Shown: positions 30,101 to 39,358, counted from the stretch's first letter. The stretch is DNA of 64,000 bases from Candidatus Thorarchaeota archaeon (GCA_048884965.1 JBHLQH010000004.1:64001-128000); one strand, 5' to 3'. Notes: generated by a model not told the origin, from the letters alone. Numbers and translations are program-made.

Positions 30101-31992
30101 TAAATCTCAGAAATCGACAAGCTTCGTTCACCAAACTTGACTCTAGATTCTAGAACCTCATCCTTGAATCGCTTACCATTGCATTCTGAACATGTAATCC
30201 AGACGGAGGGAAGATACCTCATCTTTACCTCGATGCCACCCATACCCTTGCATTCTGTACACCCTCCCTCAGGAGTATTGAATGAGAAGTGCGATTTTGA
30301 AAGATCGGTTTCCGCTGCAAAGATGTCCCGTATCATATCCGCTAGTTTTGTGTATGTCGCGGGATTGGATCGAGGGTTCTTGCCAATCGGTTTTTGGTCA
30401 ACAATGATTGGAGAAGGTGCGAGGCCCTCAACGCCAGCACATCCGATTGATTTGCCTTCATGAAGAGTTGGTACAAGTACATGATTGACCAAGGTGCTCT
30501 TTCCCGACCCAGAAACACCCGTAATGACAGTGAACCGGGACAAGGGAAACGTAACGTCGATTCCAAGGAGATTGAACTTTTTTGCTTCTTTGATCGTGAT
30601 GAAGTCCTTAGGAGGGTCTCTCGGTGTAGGACGGAAGACCTCTTGTCTTCCACTGAAGAACTGACCAGTCACAGTTCCTGATTCCCAGAGACCTTTTGGA
30701 GAACCAGAATAGACTATTTCGCCACCATTGATACCTGCACCAGGTCCAAGATCTACCGCGAGGTCTGCATGAGCGGCTGCAATTGAATCATGCTCAACAT
30801 AGATGACTGGACCTGGGAGGTTTCTAAAGGCGGGAAGAATTCTTTCAGTGTCCTTTGGATGTTGTCCAATTGTAGGCTCGTCAAGCAGATGCACGATATC
30901 CTCCAAACGACTAGTTAGTGAGATAGCTAGACGAACACGTTGACTTTCTCCACGGGATAGGCTTGGCGAAGGGCGATTTAGCTCTATGTACCCCAATCCC
31001 ACATCCTGAAGAGCAACTAGTCGCCTCTCTATTTCAGTCCGAAGACGAGCTGCGGTTCGAGGTAGGGCTAGTGACGTCAATAGAATCTTTAGGTCGTCAA
31101 CACTGAGTTCTAGGATGTCTGTGAATCTAAGTCCATCCAAGGTTACAGAGGCTGCTTGTGGATAGAGACCGGTCTGATTGCAATCATCACAACCAGTTCC
31201 ATTGCACGAATTACAGGACCTATTGAAATGCTTTGGTTCAAGATCTCCAAAGTAAGTTCCACATTCGGTGCACTGATTCGAGAGCGCGTATTCCATTCTG
31301 GCTTCCTTACCGCGAACAGAGATTGCCCCTGAGCCTAATGCTGCCGCTTTATTCACCGCAGCCCGTAGGTCCCCAATCTGGACCTTACTCGAGAATCTTG
31401 CTACAACCACCTCGATATCATACTCAGATGAGCTGTCAAGGTCCGAAATGACAGGAGATCCATTAACGAGAACATCGGACGCCTCGAATTCTTGCCTAAG
31501 GAGCGCAAGTAGCGTTCTGTGACTACCTTTGCTCCTACGAACAAGTATTGCACGAAGAGCAATTGCTTCCTTCTTCAGGCTTTTCTGCACTTGCTCAACA
31601 ATCTCATCTTCTGTTAATTTGGAAAACTGCGATCCGCAAACATGACAGTGCCGCACACCAAAACGAGCGAACAGGATCCGAAGAAAGGGATGCATCCCAG
31701 ATGCAGAGGCGAGGGTCGAGTTAGGGTTTCGATTAAGCAAGTTCTGCTCGACTGCAATGGTCGGACCAATACCGGTTATTGAGTCAACATCAGAAGAAGC
31801 AAGTCTAGATGTCGCTCGCCCCATATTGTAAACATCTAAGAATCGACGTCTTGCCTCATTATAAACAGTATCGAAGATCAATGAGGTCTTCCCAGATCCT
31901 GAAACCCCAGTCACAACAGTGAGACCATCTCCTAAGTCGATGGACAGGTTCTTTAGATTGTGCTCTCGTGCACCTCTGACTTTGATCTTCAT
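27097..31992 (-). CDS. Double-length (tandem-fused) UvrA-like ABC ATPase, 1631 aa
   Basis: Four GA-x2-[HFN]NL-type leaders with GxSGSGK Walker A, four LSxGExQR signatures, four DEP Walker B, four EH motifs, and CxxCxGxG zinc fingers. Confidence 0.9.
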   Translation of the reverse strand: MKIKVRGAREHNLKNLSIDLGDGLTVVTGVSGSGKTSLIFDTVYNEARRRFLDVYNMGRATSRLASSDVDSITGIGPTIAVEQNLLNRNPNSTLASASGMHPFLRILFARFGVRHCHVCGSQFSKLTEDEIVEQVQKSLKKEAIALRAILVRRSKGSHRTLLALLRQEFEASDVLVNGSPVISDLDSSSEYDIEVVVARFSSKVQIGDLRAAVNKAAALGSGAISVRGKEARMEYALSNQCTECGTYFGDLEPKHFNRSCNSCNGTGCDDCNQTGLYPQAASVTLDGLRFTDILELSVDDLKILLTSLALPRTAARLRTEIERRLVALQDVGLGYIELNRPSPSLSRGESQRVRLAISLTSRLEDIVHLLDEPTIGQHPKDTERILPAFRNLPGPVIYVEHDSIAAAHADLAVDLGPGAGINGGEIVYSGSPKGLWESGTVTGQFFSGRQEVFRPTPRDPPKDFITIKEAKKFNLLGIDVTFPLSRFTVITGVSGSGKSTLVNHVLVPTLHEGKSIGCAGVEGLAPSPIIVDQKPIGKNPRSNPATYTKLADMIRDIFAAETDLSKSHFSFNTPEGGCTECKGMGGIEVKMRYLPSVWITCSECNGKRFKDEVLESRVKFGERSLSISEIYELSIRDVRDLLKDETRIPVAKRTSAVRVLDALVDIGLGYLSLGQPSPTLSGGESQRVKLAKYLGMRALKDKMIILDEPSTGLHAADLSGLLQVLDRLVKAGATLVVVEHNTDVIKSADWVVDLGPGAGPKGGQLLYAGPFDDLMDTRDSPTAQALREEKTVEPKDGTDFESHYVSESISVRKASANNLRDVDVDIPKGKMTVVTGISGSGKSSLVRDVLQAEAERRFYETLSVYERHATSEGPEAPVESVSGLGVTLSISSRRRRGAGYWSVYARRTTVGTVTEIAENLTVLFAQIGTRTCPSCGSKLSRLDKWVCKKCGFTQSLFKPRDFNSRTYTSACETCSGVGSQQVPMPEKLIIHPEKPICDGAMYSPGYFPKGYFCTPTSWAAGALKALGQRYDFDPKMTPWDDLSAEAKNVFLYGDPNQEPMEISYIGNRRGKKVEVTGKGKWAGFYKWVSDWDFGGTYTRTEPCKSCRGTGLRDTYLQVKILKHNIHELQSMTLSHLREFLIPLTSEINDNPISVSALRKIMTRLEFLEKVGLGYLHINRVASTLSAGEAQRLVLSSLLGSGLTSLTILLDEPTRGMHPSEVNALIDVLKDLTNEGNSVIIVEHDHDVINSADFLLDIGPGSGRNGGRVLVSGNLAELRKSDTITGLWLSGKKRPATRRNYRISRSWMSISGARENNLKNLTVRIPTDVLVGICGVSGSGKSTFMIDTIGRAIAPKKFTTSVSYEPLEPGEYDTLEGTPQKTIILDQGRKGISSPGQALDLFKPLAKIYSESEDAMGLGYDVEQITKPCTACDGNGRIRIEMGFLPDLFTDCEICNGTGYSQEAWKVRIQGISLPELNEMTLEEVYEIFKDDVRVSNELRAALDVGLGYLGLRQPSRTLSGGEIQRLKIAQEISKKSSPGTLFIFDEPTVGQHMEDVERLVEVLNRLVDNGNGVVVIEHHPHLLAACDHLIEFGPKGGPEGGYVIAQGTPLEVSNGNTPTAVHLRNLLEVKK

Positions 31993-32593
31993 GGGACGGC
32001 AACTCGTTAAGGACTTTGAATGCAGTAAACCGAGATATGTCTATTTCACTCTCTATTGACGAGCTATCCTCTAAGTCTTCTCATAGTACTGTAGATTGAT
32101 TAAGAAGATAACTAAGTCACTACGTTGCCTATTTGAGCAAGATAACTTCCTTCTTTGGATTCGCAGAATCAAGTTAGGAATTGCTACGACTTTCAAAGAC
32201 GATGATGATATTGATACCAGTCATCTCTGACATCTTTTCTATCTCATCCACATTCCACATCATATTCAATGATGACGTGATAGAAGGGTGTTCTTACTAT
32301 TGACTTCTCTATTCGACAAATCCCCATCGAAATATTACTATTCAACGATAATAGAACTAAAGACATAAATACGTTAATTGTCGAATTAAATGAGAGAGCG
32401 ATGATTCCAGACCTGATTTCCCTATTGATCTGCATATTGATGATGCTAGCAGGCTTAGGTCTGATAGCGTTGACAGATAAAACGTTAGAGTATCTGATAT
32501 AGAGCGGAATGAATTTAGCCACCGTCCCTCATGTAATCCACAAACATTATTACAACTGATTCCATATTTGATAAAATTCACGAAGGGATTAGA

Positions 32594-33115
32594 TTGGTAG
32601 TCTTCGCAGTATACGATCCGATCAAACATGAACGAGATTTTATTCAACTCAATATCGAATACATAGGATGGATTGCAGACCAAGTACTCAAACGCTATGG
32701 AATTGATTTTCTGAAATCTACGGGAATGTCTGTAGAAAAGTACGTTCGGACAAATTACGAGAATTTCATATCTGTGCCAGTAGAAGAAGGGAGACTATTG
32801 ATTCTTGAAGATTCTGGAAAAGTAATAGGAATGGGTGCCCTTACCAAACATGATATGGACGAAGGCGAGATCAAACGAATGTATGTCAAACCTGAGTATA
32901 GGGGAAAGGGATTTGGAAAGAAGCTTTTGATGAAACTTATTGATATTGCTAAAGATCTTGAGTATACTGCTCTACGATTGAATACGGGGGGATTCATGGA
33001 TACTGCACAGTATGTTTACACTAGTGTCGGATTCAGGAAAATACCTGAATATACAGAGTCCGAAGTGCCAATTCCTTTGAACCATCAATGGTTTTTCATG
33101 GAGTTGGAATCGTAG
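32594..33115 (+). CDS. GNAT family acetyltransferase
   Basis: GEIKRMYVKPEYRGKGFG, LRLNT and YTSVGF; TTG start after GAAGGGA. Confidence 0.85.
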   Translation: MVVFAVYDPIKHERDFIQLNIEYIGWIADQVLKRYGIDFLKSTGMSVEKYVRTNYENFISVPVEEGRLLILEDSGKVIGMGALTKHDMDEGEIKRMYVKPEYRGKGFGKKLLMKLIDIAKDLEYTALRLNTGGFMDTAQYVYTSVGFRKIPEYTESEVPIPLNHQWFFMELES

Positions 33116-33124
33116 GAACAGAGT

Positions 33125-33916
33125 TCATGTTCGTATGACTATTATTTGCCCCTGTCTACTTACACCAAGTTGCAGGTTTCCTTTGTAGGCGTTGACATAC
33201 GCATTCTCAAGTATGATGTCTTCACCCTCATTAACCTGTCTGATAGTATCATTCCACAGAACCAGTTTCACTGATCCTGTTTCATCAGTGAATGTCACAT
33301 TTGCAACTTGGAGCGGTTTGCCGTCTTTTGAAATTACGTCTCTTGTTTCAGATACTTCTTCAATTCTACCTTTGATTTTTAGTCCTTTCATCCCATCTTG
33401 AAGGTCTTTTATCAAAACATATGATGGCTCATAGGAGTCATCGGTTATCTTCACGTAATATCGCAAATCGAAAACCGGGACCCATCGTAGAATGCCTTCC
33501 TGTCTGAATCCTATCTTCTCATAGAATCCCTTTGTTCTAACATTCCATTCAGGTGTATCAAGAGTCCACTTCTTTACCTTAGGGTAGTTGCTCTCTATTA
33601 GTCGAAATGTTCCTGTCCCAATTCCTTTACGATGAAATTCAGGATCAATGAATACACCATAGATGTATGCATGCTCTTCTGATACCTTGTAGACTCGTGT
33701 GCCTCCAACGATCTGCCCATTGAAAAGAAATTTCCAATAATCTGTTCTCTCGCTTTTGGTATCTCGTCTATGTGCTTCAACTGAGTCATAGCCATCTGGA
33801 CCTCCGGGACCAGGTGCTCCGACATCCACATCAGAATCAAAAGCTCGTTTCGAGATATTAGCAAGAATCTCAGCATCTTGCGGTTTTGCAAGTTCTATCG
33901 AAATCAGTCCTGTCAA
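33125..33916 (-). CDS. GNAT acetyltransferase fused to an SSB/RPA-type OB fold
   Basis: The first ~160 aa contain FIDPEFHRKGIG and FYEKIGF. The last ~97 aa (IKDLQDGMKGLKIKGRI...DETGSVKLVLWND...GEDIILENAYVNAYKGNLQL) follow the archaeal SSB OB-fold pattern. Confidence 0.85.
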   Translation of the reverse strand: MTGLISIELAKPQDAEILANISKRAFDSDVDVGAPGPGGPDGYDSVEAHRRDTKSERTDYWKFLFNGQIVGGTRVYKVSEEHAYIYGVFIDPEFHRKGIGTGTFRLIESNYPKVKKWTLDTPEWNVRTKGFYEKIGFRQEGILRWVPVFDLRYYVKITDDSYEPSYVLIKDLQDGMKGLKIKGRIEEVSETRDVISKDGKPLQVANVTFTDETGSVKLVLWNDTIRQVNEGEDIILENAYVNAYKGNLQLGVSRQGQIIVIRT

Positions 33917-33919
33917 TCC

Positions 33920-36808
33920 TTACCCCTCCTGAATGACATCACTTAGGAACCTGCCAGTGAATGATTTGTTGTCTTTGGCTACATCTTCTGGCGTTCCAGT
34001 TGCTATTACCTCTCCACCCTCATCGCCACCTGATGGTCCCAAATCTATGACATAATCCGCACTCTTTATGACGTCCATATGATGCTCAATGACTAGTATT
34101 GTATTCCCTTGTTCTACAAGTCGATTCAAGCAATCTAAGAGCTTTTGAATATCAGCGAGATGGAGACCTGTTGTTGGTTCGTCGAAAATGTATAATGTAT
34201 CACTCGATGCCTTCAATTTTCCAAGCTCTTTTGAAAGTTTGATACGTTGAGATTCGCCTCCACTCAACTGATTCGATGGCTGCCCAAGCTTGAGATATCC
34301 AAGACCTAACTCATCCATGGTCTTAAGCTTGTGATGAATCAGATTTACATCTTCAAAGAAGGTCATTGCCTCTTCTACAGTCATGTCGAGGACCTGTGCA
34401 ATGTTCTTTCCTTTGTACTGAATCTCAAGGATTTCTTTTGTATATCGATCACCTTTGCATGCGGGACAGATGCTCTCGATATCAGGCATAAATTGCAATT
34501 GAGTAGTGACTATTCCCTCACCTTTGCATTCAGGACATCTACCACCACTATTCTGATTGAAGCTGAAATCAGCCATCTCGTAGTGATTATCTTTTGCCTC
34601 AGGGAGGTCAGCAAATAGTGAACGTATCTTATCAAAGAAACCAACGTAGGTTGCCGGATTTGACCTAGAAGATCGCCCTATGTTCGTCTGATCGATATTC
34701 CTCACATCTCGAAGATTCTCAATTCCTTCAATTCTATCATGTTTACCCGGGATGATTCGCCTATCTCTGAAGACAGAGTGCAGTTTCTTGTAGAGAATCT
34801 CATTGATCAAGCTACTCTTTCCAGATCCAGATACACCAGTAATGCACACGAAGAGACCGAGAGGAATCTCTACGTCGACACCTTTCAGGTTGTTCTCTTG
34901 TGCGTTGAAAATCCTTAATGCATGCCCATTGGACTGTCGACGGTGCTCTGGTGTCTCAATCCTTTTCATTCCTCTAAGATACTGCCCAGTAACAGAGTCC
35001 TCATTTTTCTGAATATCTGCAATAAGCCCTTGAGCGATAACTCTCCCTCCATGAACTCCTGGACCGGGACCCATCTCAATTATGTAATCTGCGGCCTTCA
35101 TCGTTTCAACGTCATGCTCGACAACTATTACCGTGTTACCGACGTCACGTAACTTTTTGAGAGTATCAATTACTTTAGTTCCGTCTCGAGGATGAAGTCC
35201 GATTGAAGGTTCATCAAGAACAACAAGCATTCCCATAAGCTCCGATCCAATCTGGGTGCTTAGTCTAGTTCTCTGCAGCTCACCACCAGAGATAGTGTCA
35301 GCCCGACGATTCAGACTAAGGTAGTAGAGACCAATGTCTAGCATCAGGTCAATCCGTTTTTTCAATTCATCAAGAATAGGACCTGCGATATGCTCCTTCT
35401 CTGCAGGAGTCTGAATATTATCAAGGAATGACCGTAGTTCCTGCAAGGGCAGGATAGATAATTCATGGATAGTCCTGTCGCCAACCTTCACAAGCATCCG
35501 TTGAGGAAGAAGCTTTGTACCTTTGCAATCAGGACACAGACTCTCGACCATGCGTTTCTCAACCCAATTGTACCCAGGGTCATTCTGCTTGCGTTCCTTA
35601 CACAAACGACGATACCATGCATCCAATCGGGGCACAATCCCTCTGAAAGAGAACATCTTCCCAAAGTTTTCGTGGTCCCTAAGCTCATCAGGAGGACGTA
35701 GCATCTCAAACTTCTCACCACCTGTTCCATAGAACAGTTTGTGCTTTACATCCTCAGATAGTTCCTTGTAAGGTGTATCTAATGAGAAGCCAAAGTGCTC
35801 CCCCATGCTATAGGCCATACAATAATGCCAGTTAATGATGCGTTTGTAAGTGCTGGGATCTATATTCCATGAACCTCTATCAATAGCTCCTTCTCGTAGA
35901 CTCTTATCGGGATTTGCCACCATAAGGATAGGATTTGCTGTCATATGAGTGCCTAACCCCCCACAAGTTCTGCAAGAACTATCACCTTCATTCGAGGAGA
36001 AGTACCATGGGAGAAATTCGCCAGCTAGAATATGATGTTCAGAGCATGACAAAGATGAGTAGAATTCCGAGGATTTCGGAGCATTCTCCGGATTTGTTAT
36101 ATTCAGTCTGAGAAATCCTTCTCCAATCCTCAGACACTCGATGATAGAATTCACGATTTGCTTTGTCTGATCTCCATTTATTGTGAACTTGTCCAAGATT
36201 CCTTCAATACGATACTCCTCTTCCTCGTCAAGCTCTATATTATCAGAGGTGCTTCTTAGTTCACCGTCGAGCCTGATATTTCTGCAACCATGATTTCGTA
36301 TCTCATCGATGAGATACTCATAGTTCTCACCATATACCTTGAAGAACGGAGCTAGAATCTCGATGGTAGTTCCTTGTGGCAATGATTGAATATGTTCAGC
36401 GATTTGATGTGGAGTCTTCGCGGGAATCTGACTTTTACAATATGGACAATGAGGTATACCTACTGTTGAGAATAGCAAGCGTAAGTATGTCTGTATCTCT
36501 GTTAGGGTTCCCACGGTGGATCTTGGATTTCTCACCCCACGAGCTTGAGAGATCGAAAGAACAGGAGAGAGACCTTTTACCGAGTCCACTGCTGGTTTCT
36601 TGATCAATGGTATGCGAGACCTTGCGTAGGCAGAGAGCGACTCCATGAACCTGCGTTGACCTTCTCCATACAGAACATCGAACGCAAGTGATGATTTTCC
36701 ACTCCCTGACACACCTGTAACCACGGTTAGTTTGTCACGAGGAATCTCGACATCTATATTCTGCAGATTATTTTCGCGAGCTCCTTTGATACGCACAGTT
36801 TTGCTCAT
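33920..36808 (-). CDS. uvrA: UvrA-family ABC ATPase (single, full-length)
   Basis: [63 protein letters not shown], a second ABC module with LSGGESQR, and zinc fingers. Confidence 0.9.
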   Translation of the reverse strand: MSKTVRIKGARENNLQNIDVEIPRDKLTVVTGVSGSGKSSLAFDVLYGEGQRRFMESLSAYARSRIPLIKKPAVDSVKGLSPVLSISQARGVRNPRSTVGTLTEIQTYLRLLFSTVGIPHCPYCKSQIPAKTPHQIAEHIQSLPQGTTIEILAPFFKVYGENYEYLIDEIRNHGCRNIRLDGELRSTSDNIELDEEEEYRIEGILDKFTINGDQTKQIVNSIIECLRIGEGFLRLNITNPENAPKSSEFYSSLSCSEHHILAGEFLPWYFSSNEGDSSCRTCGGLGTHMTANPILMVANPDKSLREGAIDRGSWNIDPSTYKRIINWHYCMAYSMGEHFGFSLDTPYKELSEDVKHKLFYGTGGEKFEMLRPPDELRDHENFGKMFSFRGIVPRLDAWYRRLCKERKQNDPGYNWVEKRMVESLCPDCKGTKLLPQRMLVKVGDRTIHELSILPLQELRSFLDNIQTPAEKEHIAGPILDELKKRIDLMLDIGLYYLSLNRRADTISGGELQRTRLSTQIGSELMGMLVVLDEPSIGLHPRDGTKVIDTLKKLRDVGNTVIVVEHDVETMKAADYIIEMGPGPGVHGGRVIAQGLIADIQKNEDSVTGQYLRGMKRIETPEHRRQSNGHALRIFNAQENNLKGVDVEIPLGLFVCITGVSGSGKSSLINEILYKKLHSVFRDRRIIPGKHDRIEGIENLRDVRNIDQTNIGRSSRSNPATYVGFFDKIRSLFADLPEAKDNHYEMADFSFNQNSGGRCPECKGEGIVTTQLQFMPDIESICPACKGDRYTKEILEIQYKGKNIAQVLDMTVEEAMTFFEDVNLIHHKLKTMDELGLGYLKLGQPSNQLSGGESQRIKLSKELGKLKASSDTLYIFDEPTTGLHLADIQKLLDCLNRLVEQGNTILVIEHHMDVIKSADYVIDLGPSGGDEGGEVIATGTPEDVAKDNKSFTGRFLSDVIQEG

Positions 36809-37749
36809 AGCATCTCACTCTCCATGCATAGGTATCCTGCCTCATAAACCTCGAATCGACTCCTACTTGTAAGCTTCAACGGATACACCATCTTTTGGAG
36901 TAGTCCCAACCTTGCAAGAAACTCGCAGGATGAAATCAGTGTGAAGGTATCATTGCGATTAAGCTTCTTTCTAAAATGCTTGTCAATCTGCGATATGCCA
37001 CAATGACCACCTTGTTCAAGGATATAAGCAGCAATAGGCTCGAAGAGAATGTCAGCGTATTTCTCTAAATAACTCTGGCAGAGATTATAGCCTGTTTCGC
37101 AAGCTTCCAGGGTCACACCTTCTTCAAGCAGAGAGAAATAGCTCTTCCCGAAAAGATCAGGATTGTATTTCCTTGCTTGTAGAGTGACCTCTCGAGATGG
37201 AACATCACCATGTGACAGAACTTCCAGATGAGCTACTTGAAGTATCAATCCGTTAAGCCATCTGAATGCCAACATGGCATCTTTCTGATGTACGATACTC
37301 TTGCGAACTTTACTCAAGTAACCAAGCGCGTTGTCAGCATAAATCATCATCCCAAGTGATTTGTCTCTGTCACCAATCCGAGAGGGATTCTCATAATATT
37401 CTGTTATCGTATCATCATTAGAGAATAGCAATTTACCAGTATATATGATATGATGGAGAACAGAGCCTTGTAAAGGAACATCCATCCAATCTCGAAAATT
37501 CTTCCTTGAATGGACATCAATTTGAATCAGGATATCACCATCCTTCAGCCAATGTTGCTGATATGGAAGAGATTCATCCTTAGTTATGATTAGCATGTCA
37601 ATATCGGATTCAGACCACACATCCCCACGCACCAGACTCCCATAGACAATTGCCGCAAGGATATTGGAATCTCTTTGTAGTTGTTCAACAAAGGAATCAA
37701 GGGCTGAGGTATACTCAGCAATTATATCGTTTTGTCTGTCCACACTCAT
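36805..37749 (-). CDS. Pol-beta-superfamily nucleotidyltransferase domain protein with C-terminal helical/wHTH region
   Basis: [23 protein letters not shown] (hGS-x9-10-DxD) plus a third Asp strand (IQIDVH). Stop overlaps the uvrA start (ATGA). Confidence 0.8.
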   Translation of the reverse strand: MSVDRQNDIIAEYTSALDSFVEQLQRDSNILAAIVYGSLVRGDVWSESDIDMLIITKDESLPYQQHWLKDGDILIQIDVHSRKNFRDWMDVPLQGSVLHHIIYTGKLLFSNDDTITEYYENPSRIGDRDKSLGMMIYADNALGYLSKVRKSIVHQKDAMLAFRWLNGLILQVAHLEVLSHGDVPSREVTLQARKYNPDLFGKSYFSLLEEGVTLEACETGYNLCQSYLEKYADILFEPIAAYILEQGGHCGISQIDKHFRKKLNRNDTFTLISSCEFLARLGLLQKMVYPLKLTSRSRFEVYEAGYLCMESEML

Positions 37750-37753
37750 TAAA

Positions 37754-38635
37754 TCACTTCTCCTTTATAGGGTGATATAAATCGAGCATGAAATCACCAT
37801 CACTTCCGTCCGGTGATAGTGCATGTTCAAGGCAAGGTCCTTTAGCCATCATGTATTTGCTTGATCTAACCCATTCATCCAGCTTCTTCCAGCTTTCAAG
37901 ATACCCATTTTCCTTGAAGAATTCAGATTCAAGCTCCTCTGTCAAGTTACACGTAATGACAGCAAAGTTCCCACCCTTGAACTCTTTATACTCCATACCC
38001 TCCAAGAGCTCATATTCTCTGTCAACTACCATCCAGAACTCGTATCCATACTCCGAACTACCAGGTTCAGGATTCGGATTGTTGAAACCATAGACAGGGT
38101 GTTTCCGAGGTTTGTTAAGCAAACCCAGAGGTTCAGCCCACTCACGCATCTTCTGCCATGCATCGTTCTCTGGGGAACGACTTATTACTCGAACACTTAC
38201 AACTCGATGAGGATTGAGCTTCACTATGCGAACATCTGATTCTTCGATATCATCTGTTTTCTTTGAATGAGCCTTCAGTATTAGCTCTGCGCGTTTCGCG
38301 GATTCCGCATTCCTACGCCTCACGGATTTTGCATAGGTCTCAACGATTGCAGATATGAAGAGAACTCCATCATCGGTTATTTCATACAGACCGCGTTTCG
38401 GATTAGAAATCATCTCAGCTGATAATAGCTTTGAAAGGTGATGAGCAAGGGCTGTTTTGCTTAAACGAACAACATGAAGAAGATCATCAAATTCCTTGGG
38501 ACCTTGAAGAAGTGAGGAAAGCATCTCGAGCCGGGACCGATTGGAGATAGAGGAGAGGAGATATTCTATATCATTAGTGAAATCATCAAGTATTGATGAC
38601 CATTGATGTCTTTTCACCTTGCTCATCTTAACCAC
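37754..38635 (-). CDS. ArsR-type HTH regulator fused to a GyrI-like small-molecule-binding domain
   Basis: SNRSRLEMLSSL...LSKTALAHHLSKL...YEITDDG (wHTH); VRIVKL..RVVS...SPENDAW...YGFNNP...YGYEFW...GGNFAV...CLEH...DLYHPI (GyrI-like). Confidence 0.85.
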   Translation of the reverse strand: MVKMSKVKRHQWSSILDDFTNDIEYLLSSISNRSRLEMLSSLLQGPKEFDDLLHVVRLSKTALAHHLSKLLSAEMISNPKRGLYEITDDGVLFISAIVETYAKSVRRRNAESAKRAELILKAHSKKTDDIEESDVRIVKLNPHRVVSVRVISRSPENDAWQKMREWAEPLGLLNKPRKHPVYGFNNPNPEPGSSEYGYEFWMVVDREYELLEGMEYKEFKGGNFAVITCNLTEELESEFFKENGYLESWKKLDEWVRSSKYMMAKGPCLEHALSPDGSDGDFMLDLYHPIKEK

Positions 38636-38646
38636 GATACAGAGAT

Positions 38647-38701
38647 TAAGTACATTTATTATTAAACATTTCTTTGAACGTAAGTACTATTTTTACTGAA
38701 C
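38647..38701. promoter_or_regulatory. Imperfect 21-bp direct repeat upstream of the ArsR-GyrI operon (candidate operator)
   Basis: TAAGTACATTTATTATTAAAC (38647-38667) and TAAGTACTATTTTTACTGAAC (38681-38701), 16/21 identical. Confidence 0.4.
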
Positions 38702-38764
38702 AATTTCATCTTCATCGAATGCCTGAGAGTTTCTCGAAAACTGTACACTTATCCGATGGAAACT

Positions 38765-39358
38765 CTAGATGTCAAATTCTAGCTTGTTTTCTTCCCACCA
38801 TTGCCGCCATTCTTTCATAATCCGTTCTCGTCCGGACAGTGTAATGCCATCGACAAAAGAAGGCCCAGGATTCCCAAGCAGGCGTCGTAGCATCACAATT
38901 TGCCCCATGTGACCCATATAATGATAGGCCATCCTGTACAGGGTTTCTAACAATGATTCACTAGGATTACCTGCAAAAGCTTGGTAGAATTCGGAGGGCT
39001 CTAATCCACGAAGATACTCCTTGTTACAATCACTCATATTGAGATAAGTATCAAGTAAATTACGGAATGATAAAGGAGGATGGATGCGTGAAATCTCATC
39101 CTTGGTTGTTCCATAGCGAAAGTATTCACACAACTCTTCAGAATAGAACCGGGTATTTTGACATGTCAAGTTCACAACCCAATGGTAATGAACAGCGCAA
39201 TGACCAAAAATCCATCCTATAGAATTCAGCATTGGTGAAGCTGATGCATATATTTGATCTGATGAAAGACCCATCAAAGAGTGAAGTAGGTTGCATTCTG
39301 CAATCTCAACTGAAGCTATGCCTATTTGTGCGACATTGAGTTCCATGTAAACACCCAC
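38765..39358 (-). CDS. DinB/YfiT superfamily protein
   Basis: NSIGWIFGHCA and YHYMGHMGQI His motifs (metal triad of the DinB four-helix bundle). Confidence 0.85.
   Translation of the reverse strand: MGVYMELNVAQIGIASVEIAECNLLHSLMGLSSDQIYASASPMLNSIGWIFGHCAVHYHWVVNLTCQNTRFYSEELCEYFRYGTTKDEISRIHPPLSFRNLLDTYLNMSDCNKEYLRGLEPSEFYQAFAGNPSESLLETLYRMAYHYMGHMGQIVMLRRLLGNPGPSFVDGITLSGRERIMKEWRQWWEENKLEFDI

Noticed and set aside
32200-32522. Possible selenoprotein by TGA read-through after VECG
   Set aside because: Read-through hits another TGA within about 17 codons, with no recognisable redox motif or SECIS.
27097-36808. Standard uvrABC nucleotide excision repair locus
   Set aside because: No uvrB (helicase motifs) or uvrC (GIY-YIG) ORF is in the window. 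They may exist elsewhere in the genome.
36805-37749. MNT-HEPN toxin-antitoxin pair or CBASS cyclase
   Set aside because: No adjacent HEPN or CBASS effector gene was recognised; the neighbours are a regulator and uvrA.
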